Shown: positions 1 through 7,554 of the stretch, one piece after another | Numbering within the stretch: position 1 is the first letter of the stretch | Layout of the letters: every line of letters starts with the position of its first letter | From: Candidatus Methylomirabilota bacterium | GTDB taxonomy: Bacteria > Methylomirabilota > Methylomirabilia > Rokubacteriales > CSP1-6 | Direction: 5' to 3' | DNA: 14,952 nucleotides | Assembly: GCA_046726415.1 (NCBI GenBank) | Contig: JBKPAK010000101.1 | Coordinates: 1-14,952, forward strand | Position numbers and translations under genes: made by a program | The notes under the pieces: model-generated | What the model saw: the letters and a program-made list of their open reading frames with translations, nothing else | The model's database searches: none | What the model was told of the DNA's origin: nothing

Positions 1-107
1 GCTTTGATTTCGATGACGACATGACCGGCTTTGGGCTCTGGCTCCGGCAGCTCCGTGTAGACGAGGCTGTCTGGTCCGCCGAATTTTTCGATGACGATCG
101 CACGCAT
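1..107 (-). CDS. 5' part of a medium-chain dehydrogenase/reductase (zinc-binding ADH / quinone oxidoreductase family); runs off the window
   Basis: Not in the ORF track. ATG at 107 with a GGAGG RBS just upstream translates to MRAIVIEKFGGPDSLVYTELPEPEPKAGHVVIEIK, the typical MDR N-terminus. It lies 36 bp downstream of the hydrolase on the same strand. Confidence 0.85.
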   Translation of the reverse strand, partial: MRAIVIEKFGGPDSLVYTELPEPEPKAGHVVIEIK

Positions 108-143
108 GGTGGCCCTCCAGGTAATCAGCAGCGGGTTGCCGAG

Positions 144-998
144 TCAGTGAGCAAGAAACTCGCGGATTTCTGCCGCGATCTCCTGGGCGTGGGTCTCCAA
201 CGCGAAGTGGCCGGTGTCGAAGAACCGGATGATCGCATTGGGAATGTCGCGTTGGAAGGCCCGAGCGCCAGGGGGCAGGAAGAAGGGATCGTTCTTTCCC
301 CACACCGCCAGAAACGGCGGCTTGTGCGTTCGGAAGTAATTCTGAAAGGTCGGGTAGAGCGCGACGTTGCTCTTGTAATCGCAGAACAAGTCCAACTGGA
401 TTTCATCCGCGCCCCGGCGGGCCAGATAGAAGTTGTCGAGCGAATAGCCGTCCGGGGACACTGAAGCCAGGTCGGAAACGCCGTGCGTGTACTGCCAGAG
501 CGTCGTCTCGGGAGCCAAGAAGGCGCGCAGCGCCTCCCGATTGGGCGGCGACGGGTCCTGCCAGTAGGCTCGAATGGGATTCCAGCCGGCGCTCAACCCC
601 TCCTCGTAAGCGTTGCCGTTCTGGGAGATGATCGCGGTGATGCGTTCCGGATGCCGAGCGGCCAGGCGGAAGCCGGTGGGCGCACCATAATCGAAGACGT
701 AAATTGCAAAGCGCTGCAGGCTGATCACCTCGGTGAAGCGATCGATAACCTTCGCGATATTCTCGAACGTGTAGTTGAAGTCGCTGCGCGACGGCATGTC
801 GGACTGCCCGAAACCCGGCAGGTCGGGCGCGACGACGTGAAACCGATCCATGAGCCGCGGGATGAGATCACGGAACATGTGGCCAGCGCTTGGAAAGCCG
901 TGCAGCAGCAGGATTGTTGGTGCGCCCTTCGGCCCAGCCTCGCGATAGAAGACCTTGAAACCATCAACATCGACCTTTCGGAAGGCGACCGCGCCCAT
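144..998 (-). CDS. alpha/beta fold hydrolase (epoxide hydrolase/haloalkane dehalogenase-like)
   Basis: 284 aa. Motifs: HGFP oxyanion motif, PDLPGFGQS, nucleophile elbow VFDYGAP (Asp), WGKND and TGHFALE (catalytic His). AAGGA RBS upstream. Confidence 0.93.
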   Translation of the reverse strand: MGAVAFRKVDVDGFKVFYREAGPKGAPTILLLHGFPSAGHMFRDLIPRLMDRFHVVAPDLPGFGQSDMPSRSDFNYTFENIAKVIDRFTEVISLQRFAIYVFDYGAPTGFRLAARHPERITAIISQNGNAYEEGLSAGWNPIRAYWQDPSPPNREALRAFLAPETTLWQYTHGVSDLASVSPDGYSLDNFYLARRGADEIQLDLFCDYKSNVALYPTFQNYFRTHKPPFLAVWGKNDPFFLPPGARAFQRDIPNAIIRFFDTGHFALETHAQEIAAEIREFLAH

Positions 999-1035
999 GG
1001 AGAAGTCCTTTCGCTCGGGTGTAAGTCAGCCATCT

Positions 1036-1161
1036 TCATCGCCTGATGCGATCACGGTCCGTGTAGTAAGGCGCGCCGGCCACCCGCCGAAAGTTGGCCG
1101 CGGGGCCGCGGCCACTGCGGCCGTCGGTGATCACGCCAACCTTGTCGGTGAACTGGTCCAT
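1036..1161 (-). pseudogene. 41-codon ORF resembling a degenerate short-chain dehydrogenase (SDR) N-terminus, copy 1
   Basis: GGAGGA RBS then MDQFTDKVGVITDGRSGRGPAA..., which resembles the SDR start 'KVAVITGGxSGIG' with the glycine motif eroded. Confidence 0.55.
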
Positions 1162-1179
1162 GTGATGTCCTCCGTGCCG

Positions 1180-1209
1180 TTGTGACGCCGATCTGGGGGC
1201 ACAGGTTGC
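1180..1209 (-). promoter_or_regulatory. Putative ECF sigma-type promoter, copy 1 (GCAACC-N16-CGTCACAA)
   Basis: The minus strand shows an AAC-containing -35 and a CGTC -10 spaced by 16 bp, just upstream of the RBS and ATG. Both boxes are conserved in copy 2 while the spacer diverges. Confidence 0.55.
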
Positions 1210-1378
1210 GCGTGGTGTCCTTCCTTAATGCTCGGCCGACGCCACCACCCGATGTGCCGCCTGGCGCAGACGGTGCGCGGCCCAGATGAGAACGCGACGA
1301 GAAGCGTCACGTGCCGATCGCCTACGATCCCGCCGTCTGGAGCTGGCGGACGATCGCGACGGTGTCCTCCGCACGGGG

Positions 1379-1549
1379 CTAATGTGCCTTCGCGCTCCTC
1401 TTAGTATTCCGGCTGGTCCAATGCTCATCTCCCGATGCGATCGCGGAGCGAGTAGCGGGGCGCACCGGTCTTACCGATGGCGGACCACAGGGGCAAATGC
1501 CAATCCGGCTCCTAGTGATCGCGACAACCGTGTCGCTGAACCGGTCCAT
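1379..1549 (-). pseudogene. 56-codon ORF resembling a degenerate SDR N-terminus, copy 2
   Basis: MDRFSDTVVAITRSRIGIC..., paralogous to copy 1. GGAAGA RBS variant at the same spacing. Confidence 0.5.
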
Positions 1550-1567
1550 CCGATGTCTTCCCTACCC

Positions 1568-1597
1568 TTATGACGCTGCTCTGAGGGCGCGGGTTGC
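1568..1597 (-). promoter_or_regulatory. Putative ECF sigma-type promoter, copy 2 (GCAACC-N16-CGTCATAA)
   Basis: Same boxes and 16-bp spacing as copy 1. Confidence 0.55.
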
Positions 1598-1724
1598 GCG
1601 TGGTGTCGCCGCACTTGCGGATTCCTGCCGGATGATCAGCCGACGCCACCATAACCAGCTGGACCTCGGCGGTGGTAGGTCTGTCGCATCAGATCCCGGA
1701 CGCGCGGGCACGGACTTTGGGCGG

Positions 1725-1850
1725 CTGCTCATCGCGGAGAAGACGTTCCGGCGCCTCGACGCACCGGAGCTGCTGGCTGACCTTGCCCGCGGTGAGATCT
1801 ACGTCGACGGTGTGCGTGCTGTGAACCGGCGCGACACGAGGGCGGCTCGA
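1725..1850 (+). mobile_element. IS256-family transposase C-terminal remnant
   Basis: LLIAEKTFRRLDAPELLADLARGEIYVDGVRAVNRRDTRAA matches the recognisable tail of a group of IS256 transposases. There is no upstream core and no clear terminal IR. Confidence 0.65.
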
Positions 1851-1958
1851 CATCGGTTCTGGTGACGTGGAAGGAGGCCCCACCGCGGGCCCCGTCGGCA
1901 ACGCACCGTCGAAGGCGGCTGCTCATCGATCAGAGGCGCCGGCACCATTCCGATACGC

Positions 1959-1988
1959 TTGCCGTGGCGACGTGCGACGCCGTATGCT
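1959..1988 (+). promoter_or_regulatory. Possible sigma70 promoter for intI (TTGCCG-N18-TATGCT)
   Basis: Hexamers at 1959-1964 and 1983-1988 lie upstream of the integrase 5' end. Confidence 0.3.
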
Positions 1989-2049
1989 CCGGCCGTGGCC
2001 ACAACGGGCGCCCCCTTTCGCTTGCGTATCGATGGGCTCCGGGCACGCA

Positions 2050-3051
2050 AGGAGGGGTTCGCGAGCCTGACCCGGCCGCCGGCGCTCGCCCACCCGCCTC
2101 CTTGACCGGATCCGCGCTGCCCTGCGCGCCCGCCACTACCGCCGCCGGACCGAAGAAGCCTATGTTGCCTGGATCAGGCGCTACATCTTCTTCCATGGCA
2201 AACGCCATCCGGTCGACTTGGGCGCGTCCGAGGTCACCAGCTTCCTCACCTCACTGGCCGTCGATGGCCATGTGGCTGCATCGACTCAGAACCAGGCGCT
2301 CAGCGCCCTCCTGTTCCTGTACCGGGACGTGCTGGAGGTCGACCTCCCCTGGCTGGACGTTATCGTCCGCGCCAAGCGCCCCGAACGGCTCCCGGTCGTC
2401 CTCACCCGCGAAGAGGTCCGCGCCGTGCTCCAGCGGCTCAGCGGCGTGCCCCGTCTCATGGCGTCCCTGCTCAACGGCGCGGGCCTTCGCGTCCTGGAGT
2501 GATGCCAGCTCCATTTCAGGACATCGACTTCGCCGCCAACCAGCTCGTTGTTCGAAGCGGAAAGGGCGACAAGGACCGGGTCACGATGCTGGCGGCCATC
2601 GTTAAGACCGCTTGGCCTGTCACCTCGAAACCGCCCGTGCTCAGCATCAGGACCACCTCGCGGTCGGCGCCGGCTGGGTCGAGCTGCCCACCGCTCTGCT
2701 CAGAAACATCCGAATGCCGGCCGGGAGTGGGCGTGGCAATAGGTCTTCCCTGCGACGCGCGTCTACCGTGACCGGCGGACGGGGCAGCGCCGTCGCCACC
2801 ACCCGCACGAGTCGGTCCTGCAACGCGCCGTCAAGGACGCCGTCCGCCGAGCGCGCATCGGCAAGCGCGGCAGTCCCTATACCCTGCGACACTCTTTTGC
2901 GACACACTTGCTGGAGGATGGCCACGACATCCGCACCGTTCAAGAGCTTCTCGGGCACCGCGATGTGAGCACCACGATGATCTCCACCCACGTCCTGAAC
3001 CGGGGCCCGGCCGCCGTGCGGAGTCCGGCCGACCGGATGTTCGGCCCGTGA
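2050..3051 (+). pseudogene. intI: Integron integrase (tyrosine recombinase) pseudogene
   Basis: Stitched frames give LLDRIRAALRARHYRRRTEEAYVAWIRRYIFFHGKRHP...ASTQNQALSALLFLY...GAGLRVLE*...KGDKDRVTML...GAGWVELPTAL/KHPNAGREWAWQ*VFPA (IntI-specific insertion)...[43 protein letters not shown]. Stops at 2500-2502 and 2740-2742, about four frameshifts. Start is approximate. Confidence 0.95.
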
Positions 3052-3082
3052 TCTGGCCTGACGCTCGGGCTTATACGCGCTT

Positions 3083-3226
3083 GGATACGCTGCACGGCCG
3101 CGCCGCCTATCGAACCTTCGCGGGACGCTCAGATCGTCCCCAACATCTTGTACCGAAAGCGCAATACCAGACGAATGAGACGTCCGCCGCGTCCGGATAG
3201 GCTGCAGAGGCCGGCGAGAGTTAGAG
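3083..3226 (+). other. Candidate attI-like block downstream of intI
   Basis: GGATACGCTGCA (3083-3094) and GGATAGGCTGCA (3195-3206) are direct repeats. An inverted copy GCCGCCTATC lies at 3102-3111, and GTTAGAG at 3220-3226. Confidence 0.4.
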
Positions 3227-3627
3227 CCCTTGAATCCCTATCGGCAGGCGCGACCAGCCCGCGGAGCACATGGCGTAGCGTCATCGCACTCTCCTCCGGG
3301 GGGCGCCGCACAGCATACCCGAGGTCGAGAATGCGACTTTCAAAGGCCTGCCGGGCCTGCAGGGAGCTCTCCGGCAAGGTGCCGAGTCCGCATCGCGCAG
3401 CGCCTCACTCGATCGGCGCCGTGTGCGCGGGCGAGGTCGTCTCCTGACTCATGCGTAGGTCAGCACCGAATTGCGACCGCGAACGGCCGCGCTCGGAATG
3501 CTCACCGCCCAGCGCCGCGCGTGGTCGCCGGCGGTAAAGAGGTCTTTTGAAGGCCTGCGATCTGATCGTCCCGCGGAGGCGGACTTCGGCATGCGTGTTA
3601 TAGTTCAGGCGGCGAAGAGGTGGCGAC

Positions 3628-4434
3628 ATGGAGTACGCGTATGTGACGACCCTGTGCGGCGGAGACGCCTACCTGCCCGGTGTAGAGGTGCTGGGACACT
3701 CGCTCATGGCGAGCGGAACGCGTGAGGCGCGGCTCGCGATGGTGACCCCAGACGTGTCCACCGACGCCAGAGGCCGCCTGGGCGCGCAGGGCTGGACGCT
3801 CGTGGACGTGGACCCCATCGAGAACCCCTTGCCGGAGACCGTGCCACTCTATCCACGCTTCGCCAAGACCTTCACCAAGTTGCGCGCCTTCGGGCTTGCG
3901 AACGTGAGCAAGATCGTGCTGTTGGATGCGGATACCGTCGTGTTGCGCAATATCGACGATTTGTTCGAGCGGCCGGGCTTCGCCGCCGCGCCCGACTTCT
4001 TTCTGCCGGACCGCTTCAACTCTGGCGTGATGGTCGTGGAGCCGTCGCCGGCGCTGTTCGGGCGGATCAGGGCTGCGCTGTCCCGCGTGGACAGCTACGA
4101 CGGAGGGGACCAAGGCTTTCTCAACGAGTTCCTTCCCGATTGGTACGCGCGACCCGTTTCCTATCGGCTGCCCGCCGGGTGCAACATGCATCACTTCGTC
4201 TTCCAGTTCCTGATGGGCCATACCTCGCTGAAGGATCGGGTGCTGTCCGAAGTGCGCGTGCTGCACTTTACGTTACAGAAGCCGTGGATGGGCCTCACGT
4301 TTAGCGGCGGAGCCGAGATCTGGTGGAAGTTCTTCTTCGAGGCGCACCCCGAGGAGGACGCCTCGTGGCGCCGGGGGCTCCACCGGCTCGAGGACTGGTC
4401 CTTCGACAGCATCGTCCGGGTCCTCGGTGGCTAG
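3628..4434 (+). CDS. Glycosyltransferase family 8, glycogenin-like
   Basis: 268 aa. Motifs: AYVT, FTKL, DxD (DADTVVLRNIDDLF), AAPD..PDRFNSGVMV, SYDGGDQGFLN and HF..KPW. GAGG RBS. Confidence 0.93.
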   Translation: MEYAYVTTLCGGDAYLPGVEVLGHSLMASGTREARLAMVTPDVSTDARGRLGAQGWTLVDVDPIENPLPETVPLYPRFAKTFTKLRAFGLANVSKIVLLDADTVVLRNIDDLFERPGFAAAPDFFLPDRFNSGVMVVEPSPALFGRIRAALSRVDSYDGGDQGFLNEFLPDWYARPVSYRLPAGCNMHHFVFQFLMGHTSLKDRVLSEVRVLHFTLQKPWMGLTFSGGAEIWWKFFFEAHPEEDASWRRGLHRLEDWSFDSIVRVLGG

Positions 4435-6163
4435 TCGCCACGCTTTCGACGGTCGTCATGCCGAACCGGCGACGTCCGGTCAACCATGGTGGCACCGCAC
4501 TACCGTCTACCATATCTATCCGCGGTCCTTTAAGGATGCGAATGGTGATGGTATCGGTGACCTTCGCGGGATCACCGAGGGATTGGGCTATCTACAAGAT
4601 TTGGGGGTGGAGACGCTGTGGATCTCCCCGTTCTTCCAAAGCCCCCAGCAAGATCTGGGCTACGACATCACCGACCATCTTGGTGTCGCCCCCGAGTATG
4701 GCTCGCGCGAAGACGTCCGCCGCCTGTTCGACGCCATTCATGCCCGGGGTATGAAGGTCGTGCTCGACATCGTGCTCAACCACACGTCGGCACAACACTC
4801 TTGGTTTCTCGCCTCCCGGAGCGTGCGCCAGCATCCCATGCGCGATTTCTACATTTGGCGCGCCGGTCGCAAGCCTCGCGGTGGGCAACCACCCAACAAC
4901 TGGCGGTCGGCGCTCGGATCCTCGGGCTGGCACTATGACGAAGCCACCGAGGAGTGGTACTTCGCGAGCTTTTTGCCCTTTCAGCCGGACCTCAACTACC
5001 GGCACCCTGAGGTGGGGGCGCGGATGCTGGACGTGGTGCGCAGCTGGCTCACCGCGGGGGCCGACGGCCTGCGCCTCGACCTGTTTCACGCCTTGCACAA
5101 GGATCCCTCCTTTGCAGACAATCCCTTCTCCTTCCGACCCCTGCCATCGCGCGACAACCTTGCTGGCTTCTTTCAGCGGCCCCGACACACGCTGAACCAT
5201 CCGGATACGCTGGCCTTTGCCCGGGAACTGCGTCGCGTTGTCGACGAGTTCTCGGATCCGCCTCGGTTTGTCGTCGGAGAGGTCTTCGGCGACATGCCGA
5301 CTCTGCGGAGCTACTGCGGGGCGCCACACGATGGGCTGCACCTTGTCTTTCTGTTCAAGTCCCTCACCACCCGGTTTTCGGCGGGGAGTTTTCGCCATCT
5401 GATACGCGAGTTCGAGGCGCATTTCCCGCCGCCGCTGCAGCCCACCTGGGTGTTCGGCAATCACGACAGTCCCCGGTCGATCGAGCGGCTGGGACGGGAC
5501 CCAGAAAGGGCCAAGCTCCTGGCCGCTCTGCAGCTCACCGCGCGCGGCGTTCCGGTCATTTACTACGGCGATGAGCTCGGTCTCACCCACCACAAGTTGC
5601 CCCTGGAGGGAGCCCTCGATCCGCTGGCCGCCCAGTTTCGCTTCGTGCCTCGCTGGCTCCATGCGACCTTGCGAAGGCGCGGGGTTCTGCTCAACCGCAA
5701 CAGCTCCCGAAGCCCGATGCCCTGGCATGCTGGACCCCATGCCGGGTTCTCGTCGCCCGACGTCGCGCGCACCTGGCTTCCCATTCATCCGGCCAGCTCC
5801 CAGCTCAACGTCGCCAGCCAGGAGGGCGATCCGAGCTCGCTCCTGGCCTGCTACCGGAGGCTCCTTGAACTGCGGCGCGGTAGCCACGCGCTCTCCGGGG
5901 GGAGGCTCGAGCTGGGGGATTTGACTCGCAACAGCGATGACGTCCTCTGCTATCGGCGGATCCATGAGCACCGAGGCGCGCGCGAGGTCGTGCACCTGGC
6001 CCTCAACTTCAGCGGGCGCGAACAAGCCTTCGAGCTCGCCACGCCGGTCGCGGACCTACGCTCGAGCCAGCGCGACGAAGCGCTCGCGAGCTCCGTGCGT
6101 CGCCTGCGGCCGTTCGAAGCTTTGATCGGGTTCGAGCGCCGTCCCCGAGCCCCCCATCGTTGA
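4427..6163 (+). CDS. GH13 alpha-glucosidase / oligo-1,6-glucosidase family protein
   Basis: 578 aa. Motifs: WW...YHIYPRSFKDANGDGIGDL, GYDITD, DIVLNHTS, QPDLNY, catalytic GLRLD, VGE and GNHD, YYGDELG. The GTG start overlaps the GT8 stop; the true start could be slightly later. Confidence 0.93.
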   Translation: MASRHAFDGRHAEPATSGQPWWHRTTVYHIYPRSFKDANGDGIGDLRGITEGLGYLQDLGVETLWISPFFQSPQQDLGYDITDHLGVAPEYGSREDVRRLFDAIHARGMKVVLDIVLNHTSAQHSWFLASRSVRQHPMRDFYIWRAGRKPRGGQPPNNWRSALGSSGWHYDEATEEWYFASFLPFQPDLNYRHPEVGARMLDVVRSWLTAGADGLRLDLFHALHKDPSFADNPFSFRPLPSRDNLAGFFQRPRHTLNHPDTLAFARELRRVVDEFSDPPRFVVGEVFGDMPTLRSYCGAPHDGLHLVFLFKSLTTRFSAGSFRHLIREFEAHFPPPLQPTWVFGNHDSPRSIERLGRDPERAKLLAALQLTARGVPVIYYGDELGLTHHKLPLEGALDPLAAQFRFVPRWLHATLRRRGVLLNRNSSRSPMPWHAGPHAGFSSPDVARTWLPIHPASSQLNVASQEGDPSSLLACYRRLLELRRGSHALSGGRLELGDLTRNSDDVLCYRRIHEHRGAREVVHLALNFSGREQAFELATPVADLRSSQRDEALASSVRRLRPFEALIGFERRPRAPHR

Positions 6164-6409
6164 CGCGGCCACGAGCGTAGGTCCCTCTCGCGAAGAAGGG
6201 CGATAGGGCGGTGTGCTCGATGATCGCTTCCATCTCCGCCTCCTCCACGCGGCGCCCCCGTGATGATCTCGCGGGTCACGGGGTCGGACACGGCCACGCG
6301 AATGGGCCGCGCTCCGGCCCGCGGGGCTCCCCGCCCGCCCCTCGCCCGGTATACGCCGGCCCGGGCTCGCCGCTCGCGCGCGACCGCTGTTTCACTTCTT
6401 CCCCCGCGC

Positions 6410-6548
6410 GGGGCGCTTCCAGGGTGCGCTGACGTCGCTGGGGCGGGTCGAGCGCCTCCCACCCGGGATCCTCGGCCGGGACGTTCAGCAGTTCGAGGAC
6501 CGGAGGGAGTAGCGGTTCGAGCGACCGATCGAGACTCTCCACCTTACT
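6410..6548 (-). pseudogene. Internal fragment of an adenylate/guanylate cyclase-AAA ATPase type protein
   Basis: KVESLDRSLEPLLPPVLELLNVPAEDPGWEALDPPQRRQRTLEA resembles the helical segment preceding the Walker B region in class III cyclase-AAA-TPR proteins. Both ends are missing. Confidence 0.65.
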
Positions 6549-6551
6549 GTT

Positions 6552-6890
6552 GTGACCAAGTTCAGGAAGATCTAGCGTTCTTGAAGCTTTGCATTCTCCC
6601 TATCGTGGCCAGAGCACTCAGCTGGAATTTGGGAATGATCGAGAAGGAAGAAAAACGGCTTCTCGAGAAGGTCTGGGAAAACCTTCGGGAGATCCGGGTC
6701 CGCTTCCCGCCTGGGCGCCCGTGCGGATATGACGGACGAAGAACTCCAGCGGGCCTTTGAGGACTGGGATGCGAAAAAGGCGAATGCGGAATACAGAACC
6801 CAACAGGTGAATCAGTGGCACACGGAGTGGAAGGCTTACCCGTTCAAGATTGACACCGGTGAGAAACCTTGCCATGGCTCCATACGTTAA
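6552..6890 (+). pseudogene. Low-GC frameshifted coding fragment of unknown function
   Basis: Protein-like reading ...MIEKEEKRLLEKVWENLREIRVRF, then in a shifted frame MTDEELQRAFEDWDAKKANAEYRTQQVNQWHTEWKAYPFKID (6729-6890). GC is near 50%. Confidence 0.4.
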
Positions 6891-7187
6891 CCATGAGCGA
6901 AAGGAGCTGAACAGAAGTACGTGACCAACACCTAAGGATCCGGCTCGCTGGCTCGAGGACATGTAGCGCAAAGACAGAGACTGGAGAAATCCGAAGATTC
7001 CCTTTTGGCAGATTGCCGCGCCGCGAATTTTCAAGGGGATGAACCGATGTCGACCGTAGCCGAGATCAGTGAGCCGAGCCATGGGCCATAGGTCGTACGT
7101 CCAACGCCCGGACATCCTGGCCCGCCCCGCGATCGGTGTTCATTGGCCCCGCCCGGTCGCGATGCGTTTCTGCGGCGGTTGTGCCAG

Positions 7188-7545
7188 CTACGCCGTCTCC
7201 TCGCTCCGCCGACCGTCCGAGGCGGACGCGGCCGGCGCGTTGCCCTGAGGGCGGGTGGCTGACACTGACTCTCCGGCTGGCGACGCCGGCGCCGCGTGCC
7301 AGGCCGATCGAGGGACGAGCACCGGCCGCTCGGGCTGCGCTTCGAAGTTGGGGGACATGATCTGAACGCCGAACTCGTTGAAGGCGTCCTGGATCTGCGC
7401 GTGCAGATCGGACAGGACTTGAAAGCGCATCTCCGCGCGCTCGATGGGGGCGCGCAGCTCGTACTCCACGTAGAAGTCCGACAGCGCTTTCTGCAGCACG
7501 TACGGCCGCGGCTCTCTCCGCACGCCCGGAGTGCGCTCGGCGAGC
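7188..7545 (-). pseudogene. C-terminal fragment of an MscS-family mechanosensitive channel
   Basis: AERTPGVRREPRPYVLQKALSDFYVEYEL...LHAQIQDAFNEFGVQIMSPNF is a typical MscS cytoplasmic C-terminus. The transmembrane 5' part is absent. Confidence 0.85.
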
Positions 7546-7554
7546 GGGGGATTG

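Larger units (their letters stand above)
1036..1607. repeat. Diverged direct duplication, copies about 1036-1219 and 1425-1607, period 388 bp
   Basis: 1127-1219 and 1515-1607 align without gaps at 76/93 identities (hand count), ending in an identical 16-mer GGTTGCGCGTGGTGTC. Weaker similarity extends leftward (TCATCnCCnGATGCGATC at 1036 and 1425). CGACGCCACCA recurs at about 1237 and 1641. Confidence 0.9.

Noticed and set aside
1862..2605. 247-aa ORF over intI
   Set aside because: Mostly an off-frame reading of the integrase pseudogene.
4592..6025. 477-aa minus-strand ORF
   Set aside because: Antisense shadow of the GH13 gene, which is common in high-GC DNA. No motifs.
3440..6200. GT8-GH13 as integron cassettes
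   Set aside because: The genes overlap as an operon, are large, and have no flanking attC sites.
7099..7186. Possible complete attC after the MscS stop (GCACAAC...GTTGGAC on minus)
   Set aside because: The core sites pair poorly and the interior has direct rather than inverted GC repeats. No convincing L boxes or hairpin.
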